The notes beneath the pieces were generated by a model, which searched no databases, was not told where the DNA came from, and saw only the letters and a program-made list of their open reading frames with translations. Source: Planctomycetota bacterium (lineage in GTDB: Bacteria; Planctomycetota; Planctomycetia; Pirellulales; Lacipirellulaceae). Taken from it: a stretch of DNA of 31,772 bases. Below, piece by piece: positions 18,492 through 27,648 of this stretch (positions within the stretch are counted from its first letter, which is position 1; each line of letters begins with the position of its first letter). A program made the translations under genes and the position numbers. Where the stretch lies: contig JBCCXZ010000047.1 of assembly GCA_039190745.1 (NCBI GenBank), positions 1 to 31,772 on the forward strand, given 5' to 3'.

Positions 18492-18554
18492 TCCAAAACG
18501 ACTGCCCACTGGAAACCCCGCGCCGAAAACCCTACGCCGGAATAGGAGTCTCGC

Positions 18555-19091
18555 TTGGCGGACGGAACCAAACGCGGTCTGCCTTCGGCCGCCGAGTGGA
18601 TCGGGTTTGCGGCGCTCGCTGCTGTCGTGCTGCTGCTCTACCGCGCCGGCGGAGCTGGCCAGGGTAATGCCCCCGTAGAAATTGGGCTCCCCCTGCCCGA
18701 GCTGAAGGTTGCCGGCTGGATCAACTCCGACGGCCTCGGCCGCGACGAGCTGGCGGGCCGCGTTGTGGTGATCGACTGCTGGGCCACTTGGTGCGGCCCC
18801 TGCGTGGCGAGCCTGCCGACCCTCTCGGCCATCCACCAGCAGTACGGGCCCATGGGCGTGCAGTTCATCGGCCTGACCGACGAGACCGGCGAGTCGATGA
18901 TCGAAGCGTTCCTCTCCAAGCGCGACGGCGTCGACTGGCCCATCGGCTACGGCGCAGCGCCGACCAGCATGGACCTGGGCATCACCACGATCCCCACGCT
19001 GATCGCCTACGACAAGAGCGGCCGCGTCGCCTGGTCGGGCCACAACCCCGCCGAGCTCCGCAGCGTGCTCGACCGATTGGTGCTGCAGTAA
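18555..19091 (+). CDS. TlpA/ResA-like membrane-anchored thioredoxin
   Basis: N-terminal TM segment, GRVVVIDCWATWCGPC active site, cis-Pro motif TIPT. Confidence 0.92.
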   Translation: MADGTKRGLPSAAEWIGFAALAAVVLLLYRAGGAGQGNAPVEIGLPLPELKVAGWINSDGLGRDELAGRVVVIDCWATWCGPCVASLPTLSAIHQQYGPMGVQFIGLTDETGESMIEAFLSKRDGVDWPIGYGAAPTSMDLGITTIPTLIAYDKSGRVAWSGHNPAELRSVLDRLVLQ

Positions 19092-19106
19092 GGGCTTGTA
19101 GAAGAT

Positions 19107-19312
19107 CGCAGAGGACGCAGAGTTCGCAGAGACAAGAAGAGGGGATTGTGGGAGGGCTCTCCGAGCCCGATTGCGTTCAGCTGCCGAGTGGCACTGGTAT
19201 CTTGCCAGTGCTGTCCTTAATTGTGCTTCCGCACTGGCGAGACGCCAGTGCCACCCGGTTACTCCCACCCCCGCTCCCTACCTGTCTCTCTGCGAACTCC
19301 GCGTTCTCTGCG
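19107..19312. repeat. Nested inverted-repeat cluster: 9-mer array IRs enclosing a REP-A singlet and a REP-B doublet
   Basis: CGCAGAGGACGCAGAGTTCGCAGAGA (19107-19132) pairs with 19287-19312 with 2 mismatches. Inside are GTGG-GA-GGGCTC-TCC-GAGCCC-GATT (19148-19172), GTGGCACTGGTATCTTGCCAGTGC (19188-19211) and GCACTGGCGAGACGCCAGTGCCAC (19231-19254). Confidence 0.88.
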
Positions 19313-19326
19313 GTGATTCACTAGAG

Positions 19327-20334
19327 CTACACGAGCTCGCGGATGTACCGCACCCGCGGCTTGCCGCTCCCCGGGTAGGGCTTGCCGACCAGGTAGTCCG
19401 AGGCGTAACGCAGCGCCTGCTTCCGCTCGGGCACCCGGAAGTTGTCGCCCTTCTGTAGGATGACCCGCGCCAGCGGCATCTCGCCGAACGAACGCGAGCC
19501 GGAAGACTCACACGGCAGCCAAAGCAACTGGTCGTCCGCGTCCGCGAGGCAGAACTCCGGGTACTGGTGCTCGTGCACCCACACCATCCGGGCCGGCACG
19601 CCGTGCGTCCGGCACAACGCCACGAACAGTGCGCTGATGTTCTGGCAGTCGCCCGATCCGTCCTTCAGCGTGGCGAGCGCCGACTTGTCGTCGCCCTCGA
19701 CGTACTTGACCTTCTCCTGCACGAAGTCGTAGATGCGCTCGACCCGCTTCCACGGCGGCTCGTCCTCGGCCGAGTCGGCCAGCGCCTCCCGCAGCGCCTT
19801 GCGGATCTTGCCGTTCTTGGTCTCGATCATCGGGCTGCGGCCGAGGTACGGCTTCAGCTCGCGTCGCTTCCGGTCCGGCACGGCGAGCGACTCGGGCTCC
19901 GCCGGCGGCAGCACCGTCTTGGTCCGCACCTCGAAGGTGAGCAGCGCCTCGGCCTCGGCGCCCCCTTCTAGCCGGGGGATCGAGACGATCAGCTGCCGGG
20001 CGCCGTCGCCCCCGGAACGCGTGTCGCCAACGTTCCGGTAGTCGGCCCGGTCGACGTGCGTGCTGATTGTTTCGTCGACGACCTCGATTTCCTGCTCCGG
20101 GCACTCCAGCGGCACGGCGACCATGCCGAACAAGTCACGGACCGGGCCTTTCCGCGCGGTCACCCGAACGCCGACGCGGTACCGGTAAACCGCTTCGGGA
20201 CCGAACCGACCGCCGCTCTCGGCGTCGACGACTAAGACCTGCCCGAACACAGACGCCCTGGGCAACAGCGGCCCCACAAGGAATGGGGCGGCCATTGTCC
20301 CCAGGGCCCGTCGACGGCTAAGCAGGTGTCGCAA
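19327..20334 (-). CDS. Transglutaminase-like superfamily protein, probable Tat substrate
   Basis: GDCQNISALFVALCRTHGVPARMV (catalytic Cys), HQYPEF (His motif), WLPCES. The TTG at 20334 gives MRHLLSRRRALGTMAAPFLVGPLL, a twin-arginine-like signal; start uncertain. Confidence 0.85.
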   Translation of the reverse strand: MRHLLSRRRALGTMAAPFLVGPLLPRASVFGQVLVVDAESGGRFGPEAVYRYRVGVRVTARKGPVRDLFGMVAVPLECPEQEIEVVDETISTHVDRADYRNVGDTRSGGDGARQLIVSIPRLEGGAEAEALLTFEVRTKTVLPPAEPESLAVPDRKRRELKPYLGRSPMIETKNGKIRKALREALADSAEDEPPWKRVERIYDFVQEKVKYVEGDDKSALATLKDGSGDCQNISALFVALCRTHGVPARMVWVHEHQYPEFCLADADDQLLWLPCESSGSRSFGEMPLARVILQKGDNFRVPERKQALRYASDYLVGKPYPGSGKPRVRYIRELV

Positions 20335-20369
20335 GGGACCGCTCGGGGTGTGTGGTGATGGAGCGGGGG

Positions 20370-20446
20370 GTGGCACTGGCGTCTCGCCAGTGCGGCACAA
20401 AAACGAAACTCACGGGCACAAGCACTGGCAAGATGCCAGTGCCAAC
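20370..20446. repeat. REP-B inverted doublet
   Basis: GTGGCACTGGCGTCTCGCCAGTGC (20370-20393) and GCACTGGCAAGATGCCAGTGCCAAC (20422-20446). Confidence 0.88.
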
Positions 20447-20725
20447 CGGCTGCTTCAATTCTACTCAGCGGCAGAACCCGCGGCCGCAACAAAACACCGT
20501 GCCGCCGAGTTCAGGATGGCCCGGCGGCACGGTGATGGACAGGAGCGGGCAACCCCCGTCGAGGTGTCTTCGGTTTCTCTAGAATCACTCCAGCGATTGC
20601 ACAGTCGGGCGCGGCCCCGGCAGGCCCAGTGGCTGGGTGTGGGGAGCGGTCCCCTGCCGGATGACGCGGCCCTCTGTGTCGATGGACCATTCATTGCCTT
20701 GCGGTCCTCGCTCAGCGGGCGACTC

Positions 20726-21220
20726 TCAATACTCTCCCAGGGGCCTGGGGTCGATCTGCGTCCCGCCGGGGAACGTCATCCCTCCGCTCGGGACCATCAC
20801 GGGGCCGCCGTCTGAGGGCATACACTCAGAGCAGCCCTGGTCGATCACCCGGTCCTCGACGCAGTAAGGTTGGCAGACCTGGGGCTGGCAGACCTGCGGC
20901 TCGCAGCACACAGGAGCCGGGCAAACAGGCGGGCAGCACACGGGCGGGCAACACACTGGAGCCTGCTGCGGGCAGCAGACCACCGGGGGTTGAACCACCG
21001 CCGCGGGCGGCTGCGCCGGAGCCACCGCCAACGGCGCCGCAACGGGCGTCGGGGCCGCCGGGTTGCTCAGGGCCACCGGCGCGGTGAGCGTCGCCGGCGT
21101 CACGGTCTGCGTGCCGCACGGCGCCCCGCGGTACACCAGGTTCCGCACGCAACGCCGCGTCCCGCTACACCCGGGCAGCAGCACAAGCGCCGCAACAACA
21201 ACCAGCAGTGTGTTACGCAT
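20726..21220 (-). CDS. Cys/Pro/Gln-rich putative lipoprotein
   Basis: MRNTLLVVVAALVLLPG|C lipobox, Pro/Ala linker, then VVCCPQQAPVCCPPVCCPPVCPAPVCCEPQVCQPQVCQPYC. 17 Cys in 164 aa by my count. Confidence 0.8.
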   Translation of the reverse strand: MRNTLLVVVAALVLLPGCSGTRRCVRNLVYRGAPCGTQTVTPATLTAPVALSNPAAPTPVAAPLAVAPAQPPAAVVQPPVVCCPQQAPVCCPPVCCPPVCPAPVCCEPQVCQPQVCQPYCVEDRVIDQGCSECMPSDGGPVMVPSGGMTFPGGTQIDPRPLGEY

Positions 21221-21543
21221 CGTCGGCAGCACCGCTACACGCCGGTGCACCTCTGCGGGTGGGGAGGGTTGGGTGAGGTCCGAGGTGTTAAACTCTCGGT
21301 TCTCGGAGGGTCAGGCAAATCTACAACACGCTCCACGATGTGCAAACGAAACCGTTGTGTTTTTTCAACAAACCCGACCCCGCCTATAAGTGAGTGCTAC
21401 ACTTCCCCGGGTCCGGTCTGGGCCGCACAAGTAGCCGCTTAGTTGCAGGGATCGCAACAGAGCGGACGGTTCTTCCAGTCAGCCGAGCGCGCCGCGAGCC
21501 GCACGGCCACGCAACGAAGTCGACACCCGTCAGGACGCACGCC

Positions 21544-22590
21544 GTGCCGCGATCCCGACTGCTCCTCCTCGCGCTACTCGCCGCAGCTTGGTTGATGCCA
21601 AGCCCGCTGCTGGTGTACGCCCACGACCCGGCGGTCGAAGTGTTCCTCATGAGCACCCGTACGCTCCGCGGCGATTGTGCCCCGGAATCGATTTCCCAAG
21701 GCCTGGCTTGCGAGCGGTTCGTCCCACGGACCGAACCGCAGCCCCCCGACCAACTCCGCCCGGTCGGGGAGTGGGTCTGCGCCACCTGGGAAGAGGCCGT
21801 CGGCCTGCCCGAAGACCGCCGGCCGGTGATCGTCTTCGTTCACGGCAACCGCGTCTCGCCGGGCGAAGACCGCCGCACCGGGCTGATGGTCCACCGCGTG
21901 CTCCACCACAAGCTCGGCGCACTGGGGCCGTACCGCTACGTCGTCTGGTCCTGGCCCTCCACGCGCGTGTCGGGCCTGCTAAACGACTGCCAACTCAAGG
22001 CCAAGAAAACCAAGCCCGCCGCCTGGCGGCTCGCCTGGCTGCTCGACAAGATCCCCGCAGACACGCCCGTCGCGCTAGTGGGCTACAGCTTCGGGGCCCG
22101 CGTAAGCACTGGGGCCCTGCACCTGCTCGCCGGCGGGGCGCTCGACGGGCTGCAACTCCAAGACCGCTGCTGCCCGAACCGCAGGGTCAGCCAAGCCACC
22201 CTCTTGGCCGCGGCCCTCGACGCCGACTGGCTCGGCCCGCAGGGCTACCACGGCCGGGCCCTCACCCGTGTGGACCACGTCACGTTGCTCACCAACGGCC
22301 GCGACCCCGCGATGCGATTCTACCACCTCAGCACCGAGGGCCGTCGCGTCCGGGCGCTCGGCTGGCAAGGCCTCATCGGCCCGCAGCCGCCGCTTGCCGG
22401 TGGGCCGCAGATCGAACGGCTCGACGTCACCGAAGTCGTCGGCCGCTCCCACGCCCTGAGTGGCTACCTCAGCGCCGGCCTCGGCGCCCCGCGGATGTGG
22501 GACGAGCTGGAGCAATTCGTTGCCGGCCCGCAACGAGGTGCGATCGAAGTCGTGGCCGACAATGCATTGCCCAGCGTCGCAGAGAATTAG
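21544..22590 (+). CDS. Secreted alpha/beta hydrolase (DUF900-like)
   Basis: Signal-like RSRLLLLALLAAAWL from GTG 21544. VIVFVHGN, WSWPS, nucleophile elbow GYSFG, LLAAALD, and C-terminal SH. Confidence 0.8.
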   Translation: MPRSRLLLLALLAAAWLMPSPLLVYAHDPAVEVFLMSTRTLRGDCAPESISQGLACERFVPRTEPQPPDQLRPVGEWVCATWEEAVGLPEDRRPVIVFVHGNRVSPGEDRRTGLMVHRVLHHKLGALGPYRYVVWSWPSTRVSGLLNDCQLKAKKTKPAAWRLAWLLDKIPADTPVALVGYSFGARVSTGALHLLAGGALDGLQLQDRCCPNRRVSQATLLAAALDADWLGPQGYHGRALTRVDHVTLLTNGRDPAMRFYHLSTEGRRVRALGWQGLIGPQPPLAGGPQIERLDVTEVVGRSHALSGYLSAGLGAPRMWDELEQFVAGPQRGAIEVVADNALPSVAEN

Positions 22591-22614
22591 GTGCTCGGCA
22601 CCATGCTCACGCTT

Positions 22615-23000
22615 GCGTGAGGGTATCCGGTAATTCCCTCCTCGCGTGGCGCCCTCAAAATGGCCCCGGAGGGGCCAAGTCGTGTAGCCCGGGGCAAGCC
22701 CGCAGTAGGCGGGCGCAGCCCCGGGTTGAGGTTGGCGGAGCATCGCGTCCGAGCGTTTGGCGCCGCCGCAATCGGCGTTCTGCCGAGGACGCACCTAATC
22801 CGCGGACGGTTCCGGCCTCGACCATCCGCCGAGCGCAATCGAGGCAACCGCTCGGCCGCGGCAAGAATCCTCCAGCAACCCGGGGCTGCGGCCCGGTTCG
22901 CTGCGCTCTCGCGGCCCTTGCCCCGGGCTACACGCCGTCGCCCCTCCGGGGCTTCTCTCTGGGCAAAACCTATACGACGGATTCTCGGATACCCTCACGC
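22615..23000. mobile_element. Putative non-autonomous MITE-like element containing a large REP-like inverted doublet
   Basis: Perfect 15-bp terminal IR GCGTGAGGGTATCCG / CGGATACCCTCACGC. Internal perfect IR blocks 22663-22675/22940-22952, 22681-22698/22917-22934 and 22714-22728/22876-22890. No transposase. Confidence 0.6.
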
Positions 23001-23025
23001 TCACATGGCCATGCAATCTCGCCGA

Positions 23026-23490
23026 TCAGCTCGCGGTGAGCGCCTTCCCCAAGACCACCAGCTGCCCCAGGTGGTAGGCGTTGTGATCCGCTACGAGCAA
23101 CGCTTCCCGAAGCAAAGTCTGACCGTCGCCCCACGGGAACGGTGCGAGCAAGTCGTGCCCGGGGTCGGCGACCATCGCCTGCATCGCCGCCGCGTCTTCC
23201 AGGAACGCCGCGACGCTCTGGTCCCACGCCCCCGCGTCCGGCGGGCCGTCCTGCTCGGGCCAGTACCCGTCCGGGAACTCCGGCGAGACATGCTCCGCGT
23301 CGCGAGAAAACTCCAGGATGTCCCACTGGCAGATCCGCAGGTGCTCCAGCAACTGCCACGGCGTGTGCGGGATGCCCGCGACCGCCCGGCCCCGCAGCTC
23401 CTCGGGGAAGCCTTCCACCACCTGCTCGAAACCAATGTGGGCCTGCCCACCCCCCAGGAGCCACAGCACGTGATCACGCAGCTCTTGCAC
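23026..23490 (-). CDS. DinB/YfiT-family protein
   Basis: 154 aa. [14 protein letters not shown] and [17 protein letters not shown]is-triad pattern. Confidence 0.88.
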   Translation of the reverse strand: MQELRDHVLWLLGGGQAHIGFEQVVEGFPEELRGRAVAGIPHTPWQLLEHLRICQWDILEFSRDAEHVSPEFPDGYWPEQDGPPDAGAWDQSVAAFLEDAAAMQAMVADPGHDLLAPFPWGDGQTLLREALLVADHNAYHLGQLVVLGKALTAS

Positions 23491-23557
23491 GCCGACCTCC
23501 CAGGGTAGTCACGAACTATCTTGATCCGCGGTTAGTTTAGGGGGTGAACAGGAATCG

Positions 23558-23585
23558 GTGCCATGCCCAAGCTTGCGTGGGCATG
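23558..23585 (+). repeat. REP-like hairpin family D
   Basis: GTGC-CATGCCCA-AGCTTGCG-TGGGCATG; a related truncated copy GCAC-CATGCTCACGCTTGCGTGAG lies at 22598-22621. Confidence 0.65.
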
Positions 23586-23653
23586 CTGAACCACCTATTC
23601 GCACACCCCCGATAGGACTTCCCCGCCCCTCGCCCCCCGATCATATTGCAACC

Positions 23654-24544
23654 ATGCAGCAACGCGTCGCGTACTTCAACGGCGAGTGGGTCGCCGACAC
23701 CGGCCTCTCCATCCCCATCGGCGACCCCGGCTTCACGCTCGGCGTCACCGTCGTTGAGCGACTGCGTACCTTTCGCCGCGAGCTATTCCGCGTCGGGGAT
23801 CACATCGACCGGCTGCGCCGTTCCGCCGAGGTCGTGGGCCTGCCCGTGGCGGCGGTCGACCAGGTCGCCCACGCCGTCGACGAGTTCACCGACCGCAACC
23901 GTGCGCTGATGGCAGAAGGCGACGACTGGGCCGTCGTCGCGTTTCTGACTCCAGGCCCGCCCGGAGGCGAGCCTACCCGCTGCGTCCACGGCTTCCCCCT
24001 GCCCTTCTCCGGCTGGGCGCACCAGTTTGCCGAGGGCGTGCCGCTGCGGCTGGTCGAAACGCGACAGGTGCCGCCCGACTGCTGGCCGCCGGAGCTGAAG
24101 TGCCGCAGCCGCATGCACTACTACCTCGCCGACCAGGCTGCACGCGCTGTCGACCCCAAGAGCCGCGCCCTGCTGCTCGATCAGGAGGGCTTCGTCGGCG
24201 AGGCTTCCACCGCCAACGTCGTCGCCTACTACGCCGACCGCGGCCTGCTGACGCCCCGCCGTGGCAAGGTCTTGCCCGGCGTCAGCCAGCAGGTTCTCTT
24301 CGAGCTCGCCGACCGGCTCGGCATCCCCACCGGAGAGGCCGACCTCACACCCGCCGAGTTCGCCGCCGCCGACGAGGCTTTCCTCACCAGCACCTCCATC
24401 TGCCTGCTGCCGATCCCGTCGCTCGACGGCGCCCCCATCGGCAAAGCTTGCCCCGGCCCGGTCTACCGCCAACTCATCGAAGCCTGGAACGATAGCGTCG
24501 ATGTAGTCATCCCCGCCCAAGCCAAGGCGTTCAATAGCCGCTAG
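23654..24544 (+). CDS. PLP-dependent aminotransferase class IV (BCAT/DAAT/PabC family)
   Basis: AYFNGEWV, ERLRT, HIDRLRRSA, ELKCRSR (PLP Lys), EASTANV, LPGVSQ, ADEAFLTST. ATG 23654 chosen as start. Confidence 0.9.
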   Translation: MQQRVAYFNGEWVADTGLSIPIGDPGFTLGVTVVERLRTFRRELFRVGDHIDRLRRSAEVVGLPVAAVDQVAHAVDEFTDRNRALMAEGDDWAVVAFLTPGPPGGEPTRCVHGFPLPFSGWAHQFAEGVPLRLVETRQVPPDCWPPELKCRSRMHYYLADQAARAVDPKSRALLLDQEGFVGEASTANVVAYYADRGLLTPRRGKVLPGVSQQVLFELADRLGIPTGEADLTPAEFAAADEAFLTSTSICLLPIPSLDGAPIGKACPGPVYRQLIEAWNDSVDVVIPAQAKAFNSR

Positions 24545-24710
24545 ACGCAGTCCTCGCGAAGGCCCCCTTCTACTGTTTTCATCCCCTGGCATCCCCAACA
24601 TCCCCTCATCTCCTTCCTATCAGTGCGGCCCGCCAGCCCCCGCCGCATTGCCGCCCCTCGCGCCGATCCGGTAAACTGCGTTTTTACCGAAAAACCACTC
24701 CGGCCAAGCC

Positions 24711-26210
24711 ATGTTCGACGCACTCCAAGACGGCCTCAACGGCGCCTTCAAGGCCCTACGCGGCCAGGGCAAGCTCTCCGAGTCGAACATGCGCGACGGG
24801 CTGAAGCTCGTCGAGAAGTCGCTCCTCGAGGCGGACGTCAGCTTCCAGGTGGTGCGCGAGTTCATGGCCCGCGTCACCGAGCAGGCCGTCGGCGAGAAGG
24901 TCCTCAAGTCGCTCAACCCCAGCGAGCAGGTCGTCGGCGTCGTCCACCAGGAACTGATCAACCTGATGGGCCCCGTGGACCACTCCCTGCACCTCAAGGG
25001 CAAGGGCGAAGTCACCGTCCTGATGATGTGCGGCTTGCAGGGTTCCGGCAAAACCACCTCCTGCGGCAAGCTCGGGCGGATGCTCAAGAACGCGGGACTC
25101 AAGCCGATGCTCGTTGCCGCCGACCTACAGCGGCCCGCGGCGATCGACCAGCTCCACGTCCTCGGCGAGCAGCTCGAGATCGCAGTCTACTCCGACCGCC
25201 AAGAAAAAGACCCCGTCAAAGTCTGCCGCGCCGCCGTCCAGAACGCGAAGAAGCAAGAGGCCAACGTCGTCATCCTCGACACCGCCGGCCGGCTGCACAT
25301 CGACGACGAGCTGATGGGGCAGCTCGAACGGATCGACAAGCACTGCGCGCCCGACCAGTGCTACCTCGTGGTCGACGGTATGACCGGCCAAGACGCGGTC
25401 AACAGCGCGAAGAGCTTCAACGAGGCGCTCGAGCTCGACGGCGTCATCATGACCAAGCTCGACGGCGACGCCCGCGGCGGAGCCGCCATCTCCGTCAAGC
25501 ACGTCACCGGCGTGCCGATCAAGTTCATCGGCACCGGCGAGCACCTCGACGCCCTCGAGGAGTTCCACCCCGACCGCATGGCCGGCCGCATCCTCGGCCA
25601 GGGCGACATCCTCTCTCTCGTGGAGAAGGCCCAGCGGGAGTTCGACCAGGACGAGATGCTCGCTCAAGAAGAGCGGATGAAGAAGGGCGAGTTCACCCTC
25701 GACGACTTCAAGAAGCAGCTCAGCCAAGTCCGCAAACTCGGCCCCCTCCAAAAAGTCATGGGCATGATCCCCGGCATGTCTGGCCTGACCGACGCCATGG
25801 GCGACGACATGGACCCCGAGCAGGATATGAAGCGGCTGTTCGGCATCATCGACTCGATGACCCCGGAAGAACGACGCAATCCCTCCAAAGTGATCGACCA
25901 GGACCGCCGCCGCCGTATCGCCGCCGGCTCGGGCGTCGAGCCCCACGAGGTGAACGACCTCGTGAAGCAGTTCGACGCCATGGCCCAGATGATGACCCAG
26001 ATGGCCGGCAAGGGCATGCGGGAGCGGATGAAGATGGTGCAGCAGATGCAGAACGAGATGACCAACCCGAACGGCCAGCTCTCCAAAAAGAAGCAGAGCA
26101 CCGGCAAGCGGCTCTCGGCGGCCGACAAGGCGAAGGCCAAAAAAATGCGGGAAAAAGAGCTGCGAAAGCGTAAGAGGCTTGCCAAGCAGGACCGCAATAA
26201 GCCAAACTGA
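24711..26210 (+). CDS. ffh: Signal recognition particle protein Ffh
   Basis: [42 protein letters not shown]-domain [17 protein letters not shown]. Confidence 0.98.
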   Translation: MFDALQDGLNGAFKALRGQGKLSESNMRDGLKLVEKSLLEADVSFQVVREFMARVTEQAVGEKVLKSLNPSEQVVGVVHQELINLMGPVDHSLHLKGKGEVTVLMMCGLQGSGKTTSCGKLGRMLKNAGLKPMLVAADLQRPAAIDQLHVLGEQLEIAVYSDRQEKDPVKVCRAAVQNAKKQEANVVILDTAGRLHIDDELMGQLERIDKHCAPDQCYLVVDGMTGQDAVNSAKSFNEALELDGVIMTKLDGDARGGAAISVKHVTGVPIKFIGTGEHLDALEEFHPDRMAGRILGQGDILSLVEKAQREFDQDEMLAQEERMKKGEFTLDDFKKQLSQVRKLGPLQKVMGMIPGMSGLTDAMGDDMDPEQDMKRLFGIIDSMTPEERRNPSKVIDQDRRRRIAAGSGVEPHEVNDLVKQFDAMAQMMTQMAGKGMRERMKMVQQMQNEMTNPNGQLSKKKQSTGKRLSAADKAKAKKMREKELRKRKRLAKQDRNKPN

Positions 26211-26301
26211 GCGATTCGCAAACCCGCCCGGGAAGCGGCTAAGAGGCCCCTGCCCCGGCGAACAGACCAACGCCCTATACCGCGCGTCAGGAGAATCGTA
26301 G

Positions 26302-26874
26302 GTGGCTGTCAGGATCCGCATGAAAAAGATGGGCAGGACCCATCGCCCGTTCTACCGCATCTGTGCGATCGACAAGCGCAGCCCCCGCGACGGCCGCGTC
26401 CTCGAAGAGCTGGGCACCTACGACACCAGCATCGCCGAGGCCGACGCCCGCGCCGTCCTCAAGAAGGACCGCATCGACTACTGGGTCGGCGTCGGCGCCC
26501 AGCCCAGCGACAAGGTCGCCATTCTGATCAAGAAGTACGGCACCGAAGGCACGCACGTCGCCGCCCAGGAAGCCGCGCTCGCCAAGCTGGCGGAGCCCAA
26601 GAGCGTCCCCGACCCCGGGAAGCCCGCCTCGCTGCCCAAGAAGCCCGAAGAAGAACAACCCGCGGCGCAGCCGGCCGAGGCCGCCGCCGCTGAGGGCGAA
26701 ACCGCAGAAGCACCCGCAGCCGAAGCCGCGCCCGCCGAGGAAGCGCCGGCCGCCGAGGCGCCCGCTGCTGAGGAAGCCGCCTCCGAGGCCCCCGCCGCGG
26801 AAGAAACGCCGGCCGAAGAAGCCAAAGCTGAAGAGACCGAAGAGAAGAAACCCGAGGAGGCCTCGGGCGAGTAA
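26302..26874 (+). CDS. rpsP: 30S ribosomal protein S16 with long Ala/Glu/Pro C-terminal extension
   Basis: MAVRIRMKKMGRTHRPFYRICAIDKRSPRDGRVLEELGTYD...GAQPSDKV; AGGAG RBS upstream. Confidence 0.97.
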   Translation: MAVRIRMKKMGRTHRPFYRICAIDKRSPRDGRVLEELGTYDTSIAEADARAVLKKDRIDYWVGVGAQPSDKVAILIKKYGTEGTHVAAQEAALAKLAEPKSVPDPGKPASLPKKPEEEQPAAQPAEAAAAEGETAEAPAAEAAPAEEAPAAEAPAAEEAASEAPAAEETPAEEAKAEETEEKKPEEASGE

Positions 26875-26926
26875 GCCCTACCAAGATCCGGCCGAGGCCC
26901 TCCCTTGAGGGAACACTGGGGCACCG

Positions 26927-27640
26927 ATGCGATTCGACGTCCTCACCCTCTTCCCCGGCATCTTCCAGGGCTACTTTACCCAGAGCCTGCTCAAACTCGC
27001 GATCGACCGCGGGCTGGTCCAGATCCACCTGCACGACATCCGAGACTACAGCCGAGACAAACACAAAGCGGTTGACGACCGGCCCTTCGGCGGCGGCCCC
27101 GGCATGGTGCTCAAGCCCGAGCCGGTTGTCGAAGCCGCCGAGGCGGTGCAGCAGATGGACCCCGCGCCGGCCCGCCCGGTGGTCCTCACGCCGCAAGGCC
27201 GCACGCTCAACCAACGCGTCGTCGAGGAGCTCAGCGCCTACCCGCGGCTGACGCTCCTCTGCGGCCGCTACGAGGGGTTCGACCAGCGGGTGTTCGACAT
27301 CCTGGAGCCTGAGGAAATCTCCGTCGGAGACTACATCCTCAACGGCGGCGAGGTCGCGGCGATGACGCTCATCGACGCGGTCATCCGCTTGGTCCCCGGG
27401 GTGTTGGGAGACGAGCAGAGCAACCGCGACGACTCGTTCTCCACCGGCAACCGAATCCTCGAACACGCACAATACACCAGGCCGAGAACCTACCGGGGCT
27501 TAGACGTCCCCGAGGTGCTTATGAGCGGCGACCACGGCGAGATCGCCCGCTGGCGCGAACAGAACAAGCAGCAACGCACCGCCGAGCGGCGGGCCGACCT
27601 GCTCAACCAACCAGAAGCCAATCCATCCGAAGACCAATAG
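26927..27640 (+). CDS. trmD: tRNA (guanine37-N1)-methyltransferase TrmD
   Basis: [65 protein letters not shown]. Confidence 0.98.
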   Translation: MRFDVLTLFPGIFQGYFTQSLLKLAIDRGLVQIHLHDIRDYSRDKHKAVDDRPFGGGPGMVLKPEPVVEAAEAVQQMDPAPARPVVLTPQGRTLNQRVVEELSAYPRLTLLCGRYEGFDQRVFDILEPEEISVGDYILNGGEVAAMTLIDAVIRLVPGVLGDEQSNRDDSFSTGNRILEHAQYTRPRTYRGLDVPEVLMSGDHGEIARWREQNKQQRTAERRADLLNQPEANPSEDQ

Positions 27641-27648
27641 GCACGTCT

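Noticed and set aside
20617..20660. Possible three-way RNA junction (CCGGCA/TGCCGG closing CCCAG/CTGGG and GGGGA/TCCCC)
   Set aside because: Short GC-rich stems arise readily by chance, with no recognisable riboswitch or ncRNA motif and no covariation data.
21588..23508. Alternative ORFs 21588-23039 and 22660-23508 as a transposase for the palindromic element
   Set aside because: Arg/Pro-rich off-frame translations with no DDE or HUH motifs, overlapping the hydrolase and DinB genes.
24545..24710. SRP RNA (ffs) near ffh
   Set aside because: No conserved helix 8 signature (CAGG...GGAA...AGCAG) seen.
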